Below are positions 25,371 to 36,436 of a DNA stretch of 64,000 nt, one piece after another; position 1 is the stretch's first letter; every line of letters begins with the position of its first letter. Made by a program: the position numbers and the translations under genes. Under the pieces are notes generated by a model. That model had not been told where the DNA came from. It saw only the letters and a program-made list of their open reading frames with translations, and searched no databases. The stretch lies in contig VGTJ01000004.1 in NCBI GenBank assembly GCA_016874775.1, positions 4,896-68,895 on the forward strand, written 5' to 3'. This DNA is from Deltaproteobacteria bacterium (GTDB lineage Bacteria; Desulfobacterota; Binatia; Bin18).

Positions 25371-28166
25371 CTACTGTCTTGGTGCCGTCGGTCGCTGCGC
25401 ATCTTGCAAGCGTGTACTAAGAATCTTGGCTAAATTGAGAAAAATCTTGGCACCGATGCGTGGATAGCGCTGCTGCATGCGATTCAGAAATCGCTCGTTC
25501 ACCGCCAGGACCTCGACCTCATCCGTGGCGACGACATCTGCTGTACGGACATGATCATCAATCAGCGCCATTTCGCCGAGCACGTCGCCCCGTTGTAGCG
25601 TACGTACCCGTTTCGCTTGGGTCGTCGGGTTAATGATAACGTCTGCACCACCACTTAAGAGCAGATACATTTCCTTGCCAGTGTCGCCGGTGCGGATAAT
25701 GTGTTGCCCTTTGGGAAACTTTTTCAGTTCCCCCATAAGTGTGACGATCCGCGCCTGGAGTGGTCGTAACCCGTCAAACAACTGTATCGTCTTATGGGGA
25801 TCCTGGCCAAGTTTGAGATTGAGCAAATCCCACACTGTAATGATACGCGTAGTCGCCAGGAGCGCAGGTAAGAGCAACAACTCACCCACGACCCCGATCA
25901 CGATTGTCGCGGCTGACAGCAAGCCGAATTCTTGGATGGGGACGAAACCCGAGGTGCCAAGGGTGAGAAATCCCAACAGCAATAGTCCAGAATAATAAAG
26001 CGCAGGTTTTCCCGCCGTCGATAAGGTTTCGCTGAGGGCCTCTCCTTCTTTGTCAGTATTCCGAACTTCCGAACTTAACCGACACATGATGTGCAGGGTG
26101 TCATCAACGGCTAACCCCAGGGCAATTGACGCAATAATATTCGTCCCGAAGTTGAGCGCGATGCCGGTAATGCCCATCAGTCCGAAGAAGATCACGATGG
26201 GAAAAAGGTTGGGAATCATGGCGATCACTCCGACCCGCGCCGAGAGAAACATTGCTGCCATAAGGATGAAAATCACCACTGCGGTGAGGGTTAAACTTTG
26301 CACTTGCCCGCTGACAATATCACCAGTAGTTTTTGTCAAAAGAATGATGCTGCCAGTTGGACGGGCTTTGAGTTCTGGAGGAAGGATCTCCGCAGCGAGG
26401 GTTCGAATCTTTTCGGTCGTTGCCGCGATGTCATTTGACCGTGAAAGTGACGTCCGTACCAGAATGTTGGTGCGCGAGAATTCCTTGTTCACCACGAGGG
26501 CAAAACTTTTTGGTCGCCCGGTGAGGAGCTGCATCACTCCTTTCAGTTGTTCGGGGTTGTCGAGAAAGGTTGTTTTGGGGCCTGAAGGTTGTGTCGATGG
26601 TTCAACGACTTCTCCATCAGGAGAGACCTCGATGCTGCCACCTCCCTCTTGTACGCCACGATCGATAAGCAAGCAGTAATCGACAAAAGATACCGTCTTG
26701 TCGACTCCTGGTAGCGCATCAATGGCCTCTTGCAACGTACGTATGCGTCGTAGCGTTTCCCACTGCTTCATCACATCCTGGGTTGTTCCATCGATAACGA
26801 CATTGAACGCCATGCTCCCGGCGAGGTTCCGACTCACCATATCGGTAGCTTGGCGAATAGGGTCTGAGGAGCGAAAGAACGACTGAAAATCGGAGTTCAC
26901 TTCAACTTTGGGAATATAGTACGCCGCAAGGAGAGTGATCAGTGTACAGACAGTGATAATCGTGCGTCGTTGTCGGATGACAGCATTCGTCAGTCCCTGC
27001 AACTTCGCACTGAGGCCGGAAGCAGAAGTGTCGAAGTGTCGACTGGGGAGGCGGAGCAAAGCCAGCAGTGCCGGTACTAGGACTAACGAGAAGACGAACG
27101 CCAGCGTGATACCGAGCGACGCATAGATACCCATATCGCGAATGCTGACGATCGGATTGAGCGTTTGTGAGAAAAACCCGAGCACGGTGGTGAGTGCGGC
27201 CATGAGCGCGGGCGTGTTGATCGTTTGTAATGTCTCCAACACGACATCTTTGGGCGAGCGGTCTGGGCGTGCCAGCTCGTAATACTCAGCGACCACATGG
27301 AGCGAGTAGGCGACGCCGATTACCAACACTAAGGGAGGCAGGGCGATACTGCCCAGACTCAGGGCGTCCCCTCGCAGAACCATGATCCCAAGGGTCCAAA
27401 TGAGGCTCACGATTACCGTCAGAGTCGGGAGCAACACGCCACGCAACGAGCGGAAACAAAAGAAGAGGACGAGAACAATAAACAGCAACATCAGCGGGAC
27501 AAAGCGTAGCAAGTCACGCTGCATGACCTTTGTGGAATACACCTTAAAGTGCGGCAGGCCGGTGTAGTACCACCGTTCCGAGCGCTGCTCTTGTGTTGCG
27601 GTGGCGTTTTCCCGGTCGACAATGTTCTGGATTGCGTCATCAACGCCACGGCGCATGAACTCGTCGCTGGTCATTTCAGCGAAGAAGATATTGATTGCGG
27701 CTGCGCGCCCGTCGGGAGCCACGAGATTTTTGAGGTACACCGGACGGTCCGCGAGGGTGGCTTGCAGTGCCGCTGCCGCGGCTGGAGTTGCCGGGACTTG
27801 CGGCATGAGCAATGGCGGGTCGGTAACATCGACGACCGGGTCCACTGCGTTGGCGAGACTGAGAGCACTAGCGACGCCATCGACTTTTTCGATTTCTTTA
27901 GTGAGGCGCTGGATCTTTTGTAATACCTCTGGGGCATAGATGTTGTCGGCGACAACTGCCATGACACCGACTTCGTCATTGCCGAAGAGTTCTCGGACTT
28001 CGGCATAGTACTGATTATCCGGGTCATTCTCAGGCAGCAGCCGTTCGACAGAGCCATCCAGTCGGATATGCTGAGCGTGATAGGCAAAGAAACAAGTCAA
28101 CACAAAGATAACCGCCAGGACGAGCCAAGATTTGTCTACAACCAGACGGAAGATCCGCTGCATCAT
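25371..28166 (-). CDS. RND/MMPL-type (SSD-containing) membrane transporter fused to a C-terminal cyclic-nucleotide-binding domain
   Basis: Two 6-TM bundles are separated by large loops, an MMPL/HpnN-like layout. The last ~140 aa carry the cNMP-binding phosphate-binding cassette GDVLGEMALIDDHVRTADVVA. Confidence 0.8.
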   Translation of the reverse strand: MMQRIFRLVVDKSWLVLAVIFVLTCFFAYHAQHIRLDGSVERLLPENDPDNQYYAEVRELFGNDEVGVMAVVADNIYAPEVLQKIQRLTKEIEKVDGVASALSLANAVDPVVDVTDPPLLMPQVPATPAAAAALQATLADRPVYLKNLVAPDGRAAAINIFFAEMTSDEFMRRGVDDAIQNIVDRENATATQEQRSERWYYTGLPHFKVYSTKVMQRDLLRFVPLMLLFIVLVLFFCFRSLRGVLLPTLTVIVSLIWTLGIMVLRGDALSLGSIALPPLVLVIGVAYSLHVVAEYYELARPDRSPKDVVLETLQTINTPALMAALTTVLGFFSQTLNPIVSIRDMGIYASLGITLAFVFSLVLVPALLALLRLPSRHFDTSASGLSAKLQGLTNAVIRQRRTIITVCTLITLLAAYYIPKVEVNSDFQSFFRSSDPIRQATDMVSRNLAGSMAFNVVIDGTTQDVMKQWETLRRIRTLQEAIDALPGVDKTVSFVDYCLLIDRGVQEGGGSIEVSPDGEVVEPSTQPSGPKTTFLDNPEQLKGVMQLLTGRPKSFALVVNKEFSRTNILVRTSLSRSNDIAATTEKIRTLAAEILPPELKARPTGSIILLTKTTGDIVSGQVQSLTLTAVVIFILMAAMFLSARVGVIAMIPNLFPIVIFFGLMGITGIALNFGTNIIASIALGLAVDDTLHIMCRLSSEVRNTDKEGEALSETLSTAGKPALYYSGLLLLGFLTLGTSGFVPIQEFGLLSAATIVIGVVGELLLLPALLATTRIITVWDLLNLKLGQDPHKTIQLFDGLRPLQARIVTLMGELKKFPKGQHIIRTGDTGKEMYLLLSGGADVIINPTTQAKRVRTLQRGDVLGEMALIDDHVRTADVVATDEVEVLAVNERFLNRMQQRYPRIGAKIFLNLAKILSTRLQDAQRPTAPRQ

Positions 28167-28604
28167 GCCTCCCTGCTATTCTGTGAAGTGGAGTCTCTCC
28201 AACCTGACTATCTGTTATAGCAAGCTAGACTAAAAGGGAAAATGGCAGAAACAGGAGGCAACCGGTGAAAAAAGGCGTGAATAGGGAACTGTCCACCTGC
28301 GAGATTCTTCGGTGTTCCCCTTCTCAGGGCGACAACCCCTTGAAATTCGTATGCTTGTACCGAGACGCTAACCTCCAGCCTCGCAATCCAACCACCCGAG
28401 ATTGGTACACGTGGGATTGTCACCGGCGAGGCCGTCGCGTGCGCCATGCGCACGGGAATCAAAGCTAGCAAGCGCATCGTGCGCACAGCGCACGCCACCC
28501 CAACTGTCCGAATGTTCCGTGACCCGATTGCGCCCCAAAGTCCCCACTGGCTTGACCGCGCGGCATACAGTACGCTAAGCCAGAAATAGAGGTGTTGCGA
28601 ACGC

Positions 28605-29732
28605 GTGGCGGACCTTGGTGGACTCAATCAGCTCATTTGGAGTATGGGGCTAAAGTTCCGTGCTGCTTTAGCCAAACAACCTCATTCGACCTCGAACCAC
28701 CCACTTCATAATCAGGCCGTGACTTTAGCGACGACGCATCTCTTTCTCGCTCTGCCAGATGCCGTCCGTCGTACGCTGAAACGAACTACGCCTGAAGCCA
28801 TTGCCCAGCGCGGGAAAAGCGTGGGCTCGGCTGTGTCCCCACTGGCAATCTGGCTCTTGGGGTATCACTTTTTGGTTGGTCGGGAGATTCTCATTGACTT
28901 TGGTCAAGTGTCAGCCAGTGCACACGCGGACGATATTGCTTTAGTGCTTGATTTCTGGCGTCGGCTAGCATTTGCCCATCGTGGCGACGGTCGCTTGGAT
29001 AATAGTGATGCCGGTGCGACGAATGATTTCTTACCGCCGACGACCGTCCAGCAATTGTATGAAGTGCTTGTGCCGGTCGACCCTATGATTCGCTCTCGCT
29101 TGTCTCAGTTTCTCTCGGCGTTCGATGACTACAGCATTCGCGTGCATGCTGGAGCACGAGTTGGCAGTGCTGATTCAGGTCCCTATCCGTTAAACGTCGA
29201 ACGAGTCCTGGTGGTGAGGGATTGTTGTGATCTCAAAGGGACGTACTATCCGTGGCGGGATACTGTGAGCGATGTGCCATACCGTACCTGCGCTCTGGCA
29301 ATGACATTCGATGCTGAAGACTTTCAAACGCTTGAGATCACGGACCGTGGGGAGTTGCAGACTGTCCCGCCAGCGTATCCAGCGTACATACGAGAGGTCG
29401 CTTTTCTCGCGGGGAAAGATGGCGCCGGTCAGGTGCTCCCCATTACGGAAATGGAGTGGCTGACGCGCAGTATGAAAAAAGTCCAGCCGAAACTTGAGAA
29501 CTGGCTCAGTCGCCGCATGCGCCATGAACAAATTGTTGCGTGTGCGTTGCCCTGGGTTGTGGCACCACTTGCGCTGTTGTCAGCAGATGAAGGATATCGT
29601 GCTGGGGAGCTGGCGCCGTTAGCACTCCAACTCTTGCCGATGTATGAAGCGGATGTCACGATTGCTGCACGATGGCGAACGCATCGTTGCCTGACGCCTG
29701 GGAGTACGAGTGCGTTTGTGCCAGTCATGTAG
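28605..29732 (+). CDS. Hypothetical protein (375 aa)
   Basis: A long ORF with coding-like composition. No family recognised. The start is uncertain (GTG at 28605 or ATG at 28644). Confidence 0.5.
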   Translation: MADLGGLNQLIWSMGLKFRAALAKQPHSTSNHPLHNQAVTLATTHLFLALPDAVRRTLKRTTPEAIAQRGKSVGSAVSPLAIWLLGYHFLVGREILIDFGQVSASAHADDIALVLDFWRRLAFAHRGDGRLDNSDAGATNDFLPPTTVQQLYEVLVPVDPMIRSRLSQFLSAFDDYSIRVHAGARVGSADSGPYPLNVERVLVVRDCCDLKGTYYPWRDTVSDVPYRTCALAMTFDAEDFQTLEITDRGELQTVPPAYPAYIREVAFLAGKDGAGQVLPITEMEWLTRSMKKVQPKLENWLSRRMRHEQIVACALPWVVAPLALLSADEGYRAGELAPLALQLLPMYEADVTIAARWRTHRCLTPGSTSAFVPVM

Positions 29733-29777
29733 CGTTGCCGTTCCCTCCCATCCTCCCGGCTGCTAAGCTCGCTACGC

Positions 29778-30689
29778 ATGGCCGAAAAAAAGAGTGTGCT
29801 TCCCTCCCGTTTTACTCCCCAGTTTCTTGCTGGCCTTGAGACGCTGCGGATCCGTGCGCGCCGCCAGTACCTTGGCAACCGCCCGGGCAGTCACTTATCG
29901 CCGCATCGTGGCGCAGGCCTTGAGTTTGCAGATTACCGTCACTACACACCAGGTGACGATCTCCGCTATATCGATTGGAAACTCTACAGTCGGACTGATC
30001 GTGTCTACATAAAGTTGTTTCAGGAAGAAGAAGAACTCTATACGTCGTTGTTCCTCGATCTGAGTGCCTCGATGGCATGCCCTGCCGTGAGTGGCAAGTA
30101 TGAAGCAGCGCGTGATTTGGCGCTGGCTTTAGCGTACGTTGTCCTTGCCAACGATGATGCAGTGAAACTGCACGTGCTCAGTACTCAGACAGGGGCACAA
30201 GCGACGCCGTTCTTTCGCGGACGTCCGCGGATGTTTGATATCGCGGCGTTTCTCCAGGCTCGGAGCCCAGGGGGGAAAGTTGAAGCGCCTGTTGCGCTCG
30301 CCCGGCACCTCCAGACTGTGCATCGCCCTGGGAAAGCGATCTGGCTCTCTGATTTTTTGTTCCCTTCGAGCACGTATCAAACTGGGCTCAACCTGTTACG
30401 CGCAGCCAATTTTGATATTGCTGTCATCCAGGTCCTCAGTGCAGAAGAAGTTGATCCACCGGTGCAAGCCGGAGGTGTCAACGTGGTAGATAGTGAAAGT
30501 GGCGAGTCGGTGTTAGTGCGATTTGACGCGGAAGCGAAGAAGGAATATCTCCGGCGACTCGACGCTCACAATCGCGCTCTCCGTAGCTTTTGTCATCAGA
30601 CCGGAGTCCATCACGCATTGTTGACGACGGCTCAGGATCTGCAAGCGTTCGTCTTACGCGAGTTGCCCACGTTAGGTTTGTTGGTGTGA
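29778..30689 (+). CDS. DUF58 domain protein (MoxR/VWA-associated family)
   Basis: GAGLEFADYRHYTPGDDLRYIDWKLYSRTDRVYIKLFQEE is the DUF58 signature region. Confidence 0.8.
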   Translation: MAEKKSVLPSRFTPQFLAGLETLRIRARRQYLGNRPGSHLSPHRGAGLEFADYRHYTPGDDLRYIDWKLYSRTDRVYIKLFQEEEELYTSLFLDLSASMACPAVSGKYEAARDLALALAYVVLANDDAVKLHVLSTQTGAQATPFFRGRPRMFDIAAFLQARSPGGKVEAPVALARHLQTVHRPGKAIWLSDFLFPSSTYQTGLNLLRAANFDIAVIQVLSAEEVDPPVQAGGVNVVDSESGESVLVRFDAEAKKEYLRRLDAHNRALRSFCHQTGVHHALLTTAQDLQAFVLRELPTLGLLV

Positions 30690-30772
30690 TTGCCACTGAC
30701 AACGAACGCAAAGATGCGTGCCACTGCTGGCTTGTCAGACAGTGCACCCCTTCTCAGGTCGAGTGGTCGGAG

Positions 30773-32575
30773 TCAGGAGGGCAACGCTGTGGCAGGAGGG
30801 GGTTCTGTCACGTGTTCTTCACTTGCGGGCAGAACAAATTGTTCGACTAACGTAGCGAGTACCCGTCCAACATTTTGCAAATTTTGCGCAGCGGCTTGCA
30901 CCTGCCGAATCCCGTCTGCGTTTTGTAAACTCGCATGTTTGATCTCGTGCATGGCGGTCGTGACTTGCGCTAGTCCGATGAGTTGTTGTTGACTGGAAGC
31001 GGCAATCTGCGTCATGGCTTGAGCGGACTCAGTCACATTCTGTGCGAGTGCATGAATCGATTCCCCAGCTTGGAGCGACCGCTGTGCACCCAGATCTGCA
31101 GAGAGAGAGCCTTGCCGCGTGACTCCGACTGCGAGGGCCGCCGCTCGACGAATGTTGGTTAATATCTGTTGTACCTGTGCCGTCGCGTGTTTGGACCGTT
31201 CGGCGAGACCCCGTACCTCTTGAGCGACGACACGGAACCCTTTTCCTGCGTCACCAGCTTTTGCCGCTTCGATAGCGGCATTGATCGCCAAAAGATTCGA
31301 CTGGTCTGCCAAGATATTGACCGTTGTGATAATGCTATCGATCATCTCTGTTTGTGAACCGAGTTCGGCGACGCCGTTGGCAATCACTTCCATCTGCTCT
31401 CGGACGTGATGCATGCCGCTGATCGCTTCACTGACCGAGTCCTGCCCGTCTTGAGAGACTTGTAGCGTGTGTTTGCTGCCTTCTGCAACGGTTTGCGCTT
31501 TTTGATTGGAGACGTCTGCGGTTTGCCTTACCTGCTCGATCGTTGTAGCGGTTTGGGCGACCGAAGTTGCGGTCTCGGTAGTAGTAGCCCCTAACTCCTG
31601 CATTGATGAAACAATCCTCTCAATGGCAGACGCTAAGACGCGAGTGCTGTGCTGCATCTGGCCACTCATCTCTCGGAGCGTCCCGATCATCCGCACGAAA
31701 CTATGCGAGAGCACATCATGTTCAGAGTGCGCAGATACGTGGATAGCCAGATTTCCCTTACTGATGGCATCGGCAGCGCTCGCCATGGTCCGGAAATAAA
31801 GGATGAGTGCCCGGAATGCCGCGGCCAGATCGCCAATCTCGTCGCGCGACTCGTGTGGGACATGCTGTTCGACGTTGCCATACGCAATATGAGTTGCGAC
31901 CCTGGTCAGGTCGAGTAACGGCTTTGTCACCGAGCGGGCGAGGAAGAATCCCAGCGCGAAAGTCAGGAGTAGCGAAAAAAAGAAAATGCCTTGCGCTGTC
32001 CGTTTTGCAGAAGTGGCAATCAGTTCACTCCGTGCCTTAATCGCCGAGACTTCTACCTCAAGCCTATCATCTAACATCGCTAAACTGGCGCGCAATTGGA
32101 GAGACTGTTGTTCAAGTTCCTCCAGTGCGGCCCGTGCTTCTCGTCTTTGGCCATTGACAGCCTGTGCGACGACCTCTTCCGTTTTGGCAACGTATTTCTC
32201 CAACGGCGGTTGTACGAGAGTGAGTGTGTGGGTGACCTCAGCAGATAATGGCAGCGTCAGTAGCTCGGTGAGATGAACGGTAACCGAATCTACGGCCCCC
32301 CGCAGTTCCGTTTGAAGATGTTGCTTGTTTTCTGCGTCGAGCTGTTCCGCTAAGAGGACGGCGCGGGAAGCGATGGCTCGTAACTCATCGTGAGCCATAT
32401 CGATCTGCAACATGTCTTGGGCTGCCGTAAAATAGAGTTGATGTTGCGCACTGTTATTGTTGACACGTTCAATCCCCTGGTGGCCGACGAGTCCAACTGC
32501 TCCGAGCGCAAAGAGGAGCACGATAGCGAAGAGCTGGAGTTTTTCCCGGATCGGAATGTTTTTCAGTCTTGGCAT
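30773..32575 (-). CDS. Methyl-accepting chemotaxis protein
   Basis: The start is set at [13 protein letters not shown] behind AGGTGA. It has a TM, a sensor helical bundle, a second TM, a HAMP domain, and the MA signalling hairpin ([34 protein letters not shown]). Confidence 0.85.
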   Translation of the reverse strand: MPRLKNIPIREKLQLFAIVLLFALGAVGLVGHQGIERVNNNSAQHQLYFTAAQDMLQIDMAHDELRAIASRAVLLAEQLDAENKQHLQTELRGAVDSVTVHLTELLTLPLSAEVTHTLTLVQPPLEKYVAKTEEVVAQAVNGQRREARAALEELEQQSLQLRASLAMLDDRLEVEVSAIKARSELIATSAKRTAQGIFFFSLLLTFALGFFLARSVTKPLLDLTRVATHIAYGNVEQHVPHESRDEIGDLAAAFRALILYFRTMASAADAISKGNLAIHVSAHSEHDVLSHSFVRMIGTLREMSGQMQHSTRVLASAIERIVSSMQELGATTTETATSVAQTATTIEQVRQTADVSNQKAQTVAEGSKHTLQVSQDGQDSVSEAISGMHHVREQMEVIANGVAELGSQTEMIDSIITTVNILADQSNLLAINAAIEAAKAGDAGKGFRVVAQEVRGLAERSKHATAQVQQILTNIRRAAALAVGVTRQGSLSADLGAQRSLQAGESIHALAQNVTESAQAMTQIAASSQQQLIGLAQVTTAMHEIKHASLQNADGIRQVQAAAQNLQNVGRVLATLVEQFVLPASEEHVTEPPPATALPS

Positions 32576-32971
32576 GCGTGTTTTCACCTGAGGGAGAGAT
32601 GGTGCTCCGTCATCCTCTGTACGCCGCTGCAATTGTTTGTCAGACCGATTCGACCTTCCAGTGTTTCGATACCTCGGAAGAACTGCGTAATGAGCAGTGA
32701 TAATGGAAACGCTTCATTCATATGGCCCACCCCTGGCGAGATCGAGGGAACAGATTCACACCTGGTGCGATGGCTTTAATGTCACGTTCGTGCCCCAGTC
32801 TCTTGTCCTTTGTGTCATCGACGTATAGGAGCGAACCTTTACCTCTACTGGAGAAACTCCGAATGGGTCTGCCATGGGGAAAGCGCTAAACACGGGAAAA
32901 TTGGAGACGCTGCTGATGAGGCCATTGCTCGATGCCGTGTTCGGCTCTATCAAGACAAGGAGAGCGAACGT

Positions 32972-34774
32972 ATGGATTTCTCCTTTCTTTCCCCGTCGGC
33001 ATGGCAATGGCTGTATGCTCTTCCCTTGCTGTTCATACCGTATCTCTTTCGGGAACGTGCACAGCGGTTAGTGGTACCTGCAGTGTTCCTCTATCAAGGT
33101 CTTCCGCCAGCGGCACAACGCCGATTGTGGGGAAGGCTGCGACTTTCACCGCTCTTTTTCTTCCAACTGTTATTGTTGTTGCTGTTGATTGCTGCTGCAG
33201 CGCAGCCATTTCTGCATCAGCGAGGTGAGAAAGTCGCAATTGTGCTTGATACCTCAGCGAGCATGCAAGCTCATTCTTCGGCGACGAGCAGTAGCGTGTT
33301 TGCAGTGGCGCAACAACAGGCGCTCGATACCATTGCTTCTCTCTCGAGCGAAGATACCGTCAGCTTTTTTGTGACTACGCCTTTTCCAACCTTGATTGCG
33401 ACGTCAAGTGAGACAACTTCCCGAGTCCACGAACAAGCGGCAGCGGTAACGGTGACAGACATGCCAGATGTGAGCGATGAGGTCCTCTCGGCATTCTTCT
33501 CTCAACTCTTGAAAGAGCAACATTTTCAGCGCGTTGTCTTCTTTACTGACCGCCCGCTAGCGATAGCGCGAGAGATCGATGCCCTTACTGTACACACTAT
33601 TGGTTCGGTGCAGGCCAATGTCTCCGTCGCAGCGTTTCACGTCGATCGCAGCCCCTTTGCTCCCGATGATGTCTCAGCAACGATAACGATTGCTGGACTT
33701 GAACGGGGGATGAGCGGAAGTGTCAATCTTGAAGATGCAGAGTCCGGGAAAGTCTTGCTCTCTCAACCCCTGATGAAACACGAACGATCGGAGATTTCCT
33801 TTGCACGCGTGCCGCTAGCGACGACGTACCGTGCACGGTTGTTGGTGGACGATGGATTGGCGGTCGACAACGAAGCCTATGTGGTCCTCCCGTCGTTGCG
33901 GACCATTCCTCTCTTGTTAGTTTCTCCCGCTGCTCATGTCGTGAACAGCCTCAATCAAATTCCCAATCTACGCGTTGAACGTGTTCCACCGGCAGAATAC
34001 ACGCCTGAGCGTGCTGCTGGGTTCCCGCTGATTCTGTTCCATTTGGTGATTCCGGAAACACTGCCAGCAACGAATGCCGCATTTGTCTTTCCACCAGAAG
34101 GGAATGCCTTGTTCCCTCTGGGAAAAGCTGCTCGGCGACCACAGGTGACCCAGTGGGCCTCAGCTCATCCTTTGACCAGTTATGTGACGTTCTCATTGTT
34201 AACGCCATCATATGGGCAGGCGTTGCTCCCTGTTGGGTGGTGTACGCCGATTGTGAGCGGTACAGTGGGAACGCTTGTGCTTGCGGGTGAACGAGATGGA
34301 TATCGCTATGCAGCGGTGGGGTTTGACTTGCTGCCATACCTGGGGAAGCAAAATCTTCCGACCTCGATTTTTACCCTTAATCTCTTGGGCTGGTTGGCTG
34401 CGCGTGCTGGACTGCCGCTGGATTTGCATACAGGATCATCGCTGCAGGTCAGTAATGCCGAAACGCAGATTCGCATGGCGGACGGAGAACGCGTGCTGCC
34501 AGTCGGGAATGCCGCGCTTTTCGCAAAACAAGGTGTGTACACGATTGTCGAGAATGGGCGCGAGCGGCAGATTGCGGTGAACCTGAGCAGTGCTGAGGAG
34601 TCGCGACTCGGGCGTCCGCTCCAGGTCGCTTCCTTGGCTGCACCCACTCCGCTCTCCCTGGAAAAAACCGGCAAACCTTTGTGGCCGTGGCTCCTGCTCG
34701 GCGTGGTGTGCTTGCTGATGATCGAGTGGTGGTGGGCAATGCGACAGCCGACGAGAATGTCTGCGAACCCATGA
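32972..34774 (+). CDS. BatA-N-terminal / VWA domain membrane protein
   Basis: The start is at MDFSFLSPSAWQWLYALPLLFIPY behind AAGGAG. VWA MIDAS motif VAIVLDTSASM. C-terminal TM anchor PLWPWLLLGVVCLLMIEWWW. Confidence 0.7.
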   Translation: MDFSFLSPSAWQWLYALPLLFIPYLFRERAQRLVVPAVFLYQGLPPAAQRRLWGRLRLSPLFFFQLLLLLLLIAAAAQPFLHQRGEKVAIVLDTSASMQAHSSATSSSVFAVAQQQALDTIASLSSEDTVSFFVTTPFPTLIATSSETTSRVHEQAAAVTVTDMPDVSDEVLSAFFSQLLKEQHFQRVVFFTDRPLAIAREIDALTVHTIGSVQANVSVAAFHVDRSPFAPDDVSATITIAGLERGMSGSVNLEDAESGKVLLSQPLMKHERSEISFARVPLATTYRARLLVDDGLAVDNEAYVVLPSLRTIPLLLVSPAAHVVNSLNQIPNLRVERVPPAEYTPERAAGFPLILFHLVIPETLPATNAAFVFPPEGNALFPLGKAARRPQVTQWASAHPLTSYVTFSLLTPSYGQALLPVGWCTPIVSGTVGTLVLAGERDGYRYAAVGFDLLPYLGKQNLPTSIFTLNLLGWLAARAGLPLDLHTGSSLQVSNAETQIRMADGERVLPVGNAALFAKQGVYTIVENGRERQIAVNLSSAEESRLGRPLQVASLAAPTPLSLEKTGKPLWPWLLLGVVCLLMIEWWWAMRQPTRMSANP

Positions 34775-34886
34775 AGTAAGGGTATCGTTGCCGATGTTCT
34801 GTCTCCGCCTGATCTCACTTCTCCAAGTGTCTTTCTTCAGGTGATTTCCGAAAAAGAGGCTCCCTGAGATGTCGATGTTCTGCTGA

Positions 34887-34951
34887 TAGGGGCAGGCACA
34901 GCCTGCCCTACCCAGAGCCAGCAAAGACACGGAGGGCGGGCTGTGCCCGCC
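34887..34951. repeat. REP-like doublet (GGGCAGGC-ACA-GCCTGCCC / GGGCGGGC-TGT-GCCCGCC)
   Basis: taggggcaggcacagcctgccctac and gggcgggctgtgcccgcc. A GTAG head is present on the minus strand. Confidence 0.8.
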
Positions 34952-34988
34952 ACCAGAGACTGCGGGATATTTTTTCCAAGAAATCGCC

Positions 34989-35723
34989 TTAGTTCTTTGC
35001 TGCATCCCAGCGCAGTTCGATAGAAAGGAACCACGGTGTGGCAGCGGAGTCTGGGTTTTCAATCTGCCGGAGCGAGAGCTGAAGTTGTGGCGCACGCTGG
35101 TCGGCGACGAGAGAGTCTTGCGAGATGAAATATCGTAGCTCCTCATTCTGATCCTTTGTGTACCACTCACTCAGAGTGCTTTGTGAAAGATGCCAACTTT
35201 GCAATAAGGCTGTGGCCTTCGCAAACGCGTCGGCTTTGGTGTACGCCTGAGAAATAATCAACAGACGCTGGACCGTCTGGTCCTTTCCCGTAGTCCACAC
35301 GGTACGAACGGTATCCGAGATAACGCGGTCATGTGGCAACAATAGCTGTAGCTCGATGTTTCCTTCGAAAGAACATGTGTCAAAATACTTTGTTGTGCCA
35401 CACGCATTCTCCTTGATGCGCGTGAAGGCGTCAAAACGAGCCCCATCGCGAAAATCAAGAGTGAGGGCAATCGGGGTGTGGGCCTGATAGTACGCAGACG
35501 CGAAGCCGTATGCGACGACTCCTAGCAGCAGTATCCCGAGGATACCCACGAGCCCAGACACCCCGAGGGCAATACGCCGCAGCCAGTTCGCACGTATTTG
35601 TCGTCTACTAAGAAAGAGCCCAAGCCCACCGATGACGATGAGTGCCAGTGCGAAAGCAAAGATCCGCAACGCAACGGTAAGGGCATTCAGAACGGCTTGA
35701 CCTTGCAGCACGGCGTCGAGCAT
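34989..35723 (-). CDS. Hypothetical membrane protein
   Basis: Two N-terminal TM helices followed by a soluble domain. No family recognised. Overlaps the upstream ORF by 37 nt. Confidence 0.5.
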   Translation of the reverse strand: MLDAVLQGQAVLNALTVALRIFAFALALIVIGGLGLFLSRRQIRANWLRRIALGVSGLVGILGILLLGVVAYGFASAYYQAHTPIALTLDFRDGARFDAFTRIKENACGTTKYFDTCSFEGNIELQLLLPHDRVISDTVRTVWTTGKDQTVQRLLIISQAYTKADAFAKATALLQSWHLSQSTLSEWYTKDQNEELRYFISQDSLVADQRAPQLQLSLRQIENPDSAATPWFLSIELRWDAAKN

Positions 35724-36202
35724 GCAGATAGCTCCTCATTGACTATTCTCTCGCGGAATCCACCATGACGTGTATTTTCCACCACTGATGGACTCGACAA
35801 TCGCCTCCATCGGATCAGTCCGATCACGGAGTTGTCGACCCGGCAGTTCGATACGTCCGTTACGAACCGTGAAACGATAGATACCGTACGATTGTCCTGC
35901 CAGGTCACCCACACTTCATAGCGATAGTAGCCGTCTCCTGTCGCCGCATGCGGCAACCACTGTACGGGCTCGCCCTGGGTCTGCATATCCACCACAAAAT
36001 GATCTGCCGGGTCGACAATCTTCACGGTCATACTCATGACTTGGGGTACCTTCCCAGGTTCAATGTGGACCAGGTTCGGGGTAATCCGTACGACTGCGGG
36101 TGGACCCTCGGCTTGGCTCGGGGAAACGATGCCGAGCAAACTCAGGAGCACATTTGTTATGAGTAACACACTGCGATGTACGTACCAGTGAGACCGCATC
36201 AA
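35687..36202 (-). CDS. Hypothetical secreted protein
   Basis: Signal peptide LLITNVLLSLLGIVSPSQAEG. No family recognised. Confidence 0.45.
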   Translation of the reverse strand: MMRSHWYVHRSVLLITNVLLSLLGIVSPSQAEGPPAVVRITPNLVHIEPGKVPQVMSMTVKIVDPADHFVVDMQTQGEPVQWLPHAATGDGYYRYEVWVTWQDNRTVSIVSRFVTDVSNCRVDNSVIGLIRWRRLSSPSVVENTRHGGFRERIVNEELSACSTPCCKVKPF

Positions 36203-36436
36203 GGTTCCTCCTTTTTGGCTTGTCTAGTCACGCAAGACAGGCAGCCTGTACTCTATAGGCGTAAGAAAGAGTGGAGCAGTTGTTCCTCAGGAGCAAAAAA
36301 AGGGGGGAAGAAAAAAAATTCTACGGAATCCATGACGCTGTTAAAACGTAGCGTGGTCAATCTCAGGTGCCTCACAGAGATGAGGAAAGTCCTCGTAACC
36401 TCTCGAAAGAGAGGAGCGCTTGCGTGCCTCCCCTGA

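Noticed and set aside
28208-28627. 139-aa ORF on the minus strand in the 430-nt divergent spacer.
   Set aside because: It is built largely from GC palindromes (VRTMRLLALIPVRMAHA), has no RBS, and overlaps the start of the plus-strand gene. It is more likely non-coding. I could not recognise any riboswitch or known ncRNA there either.
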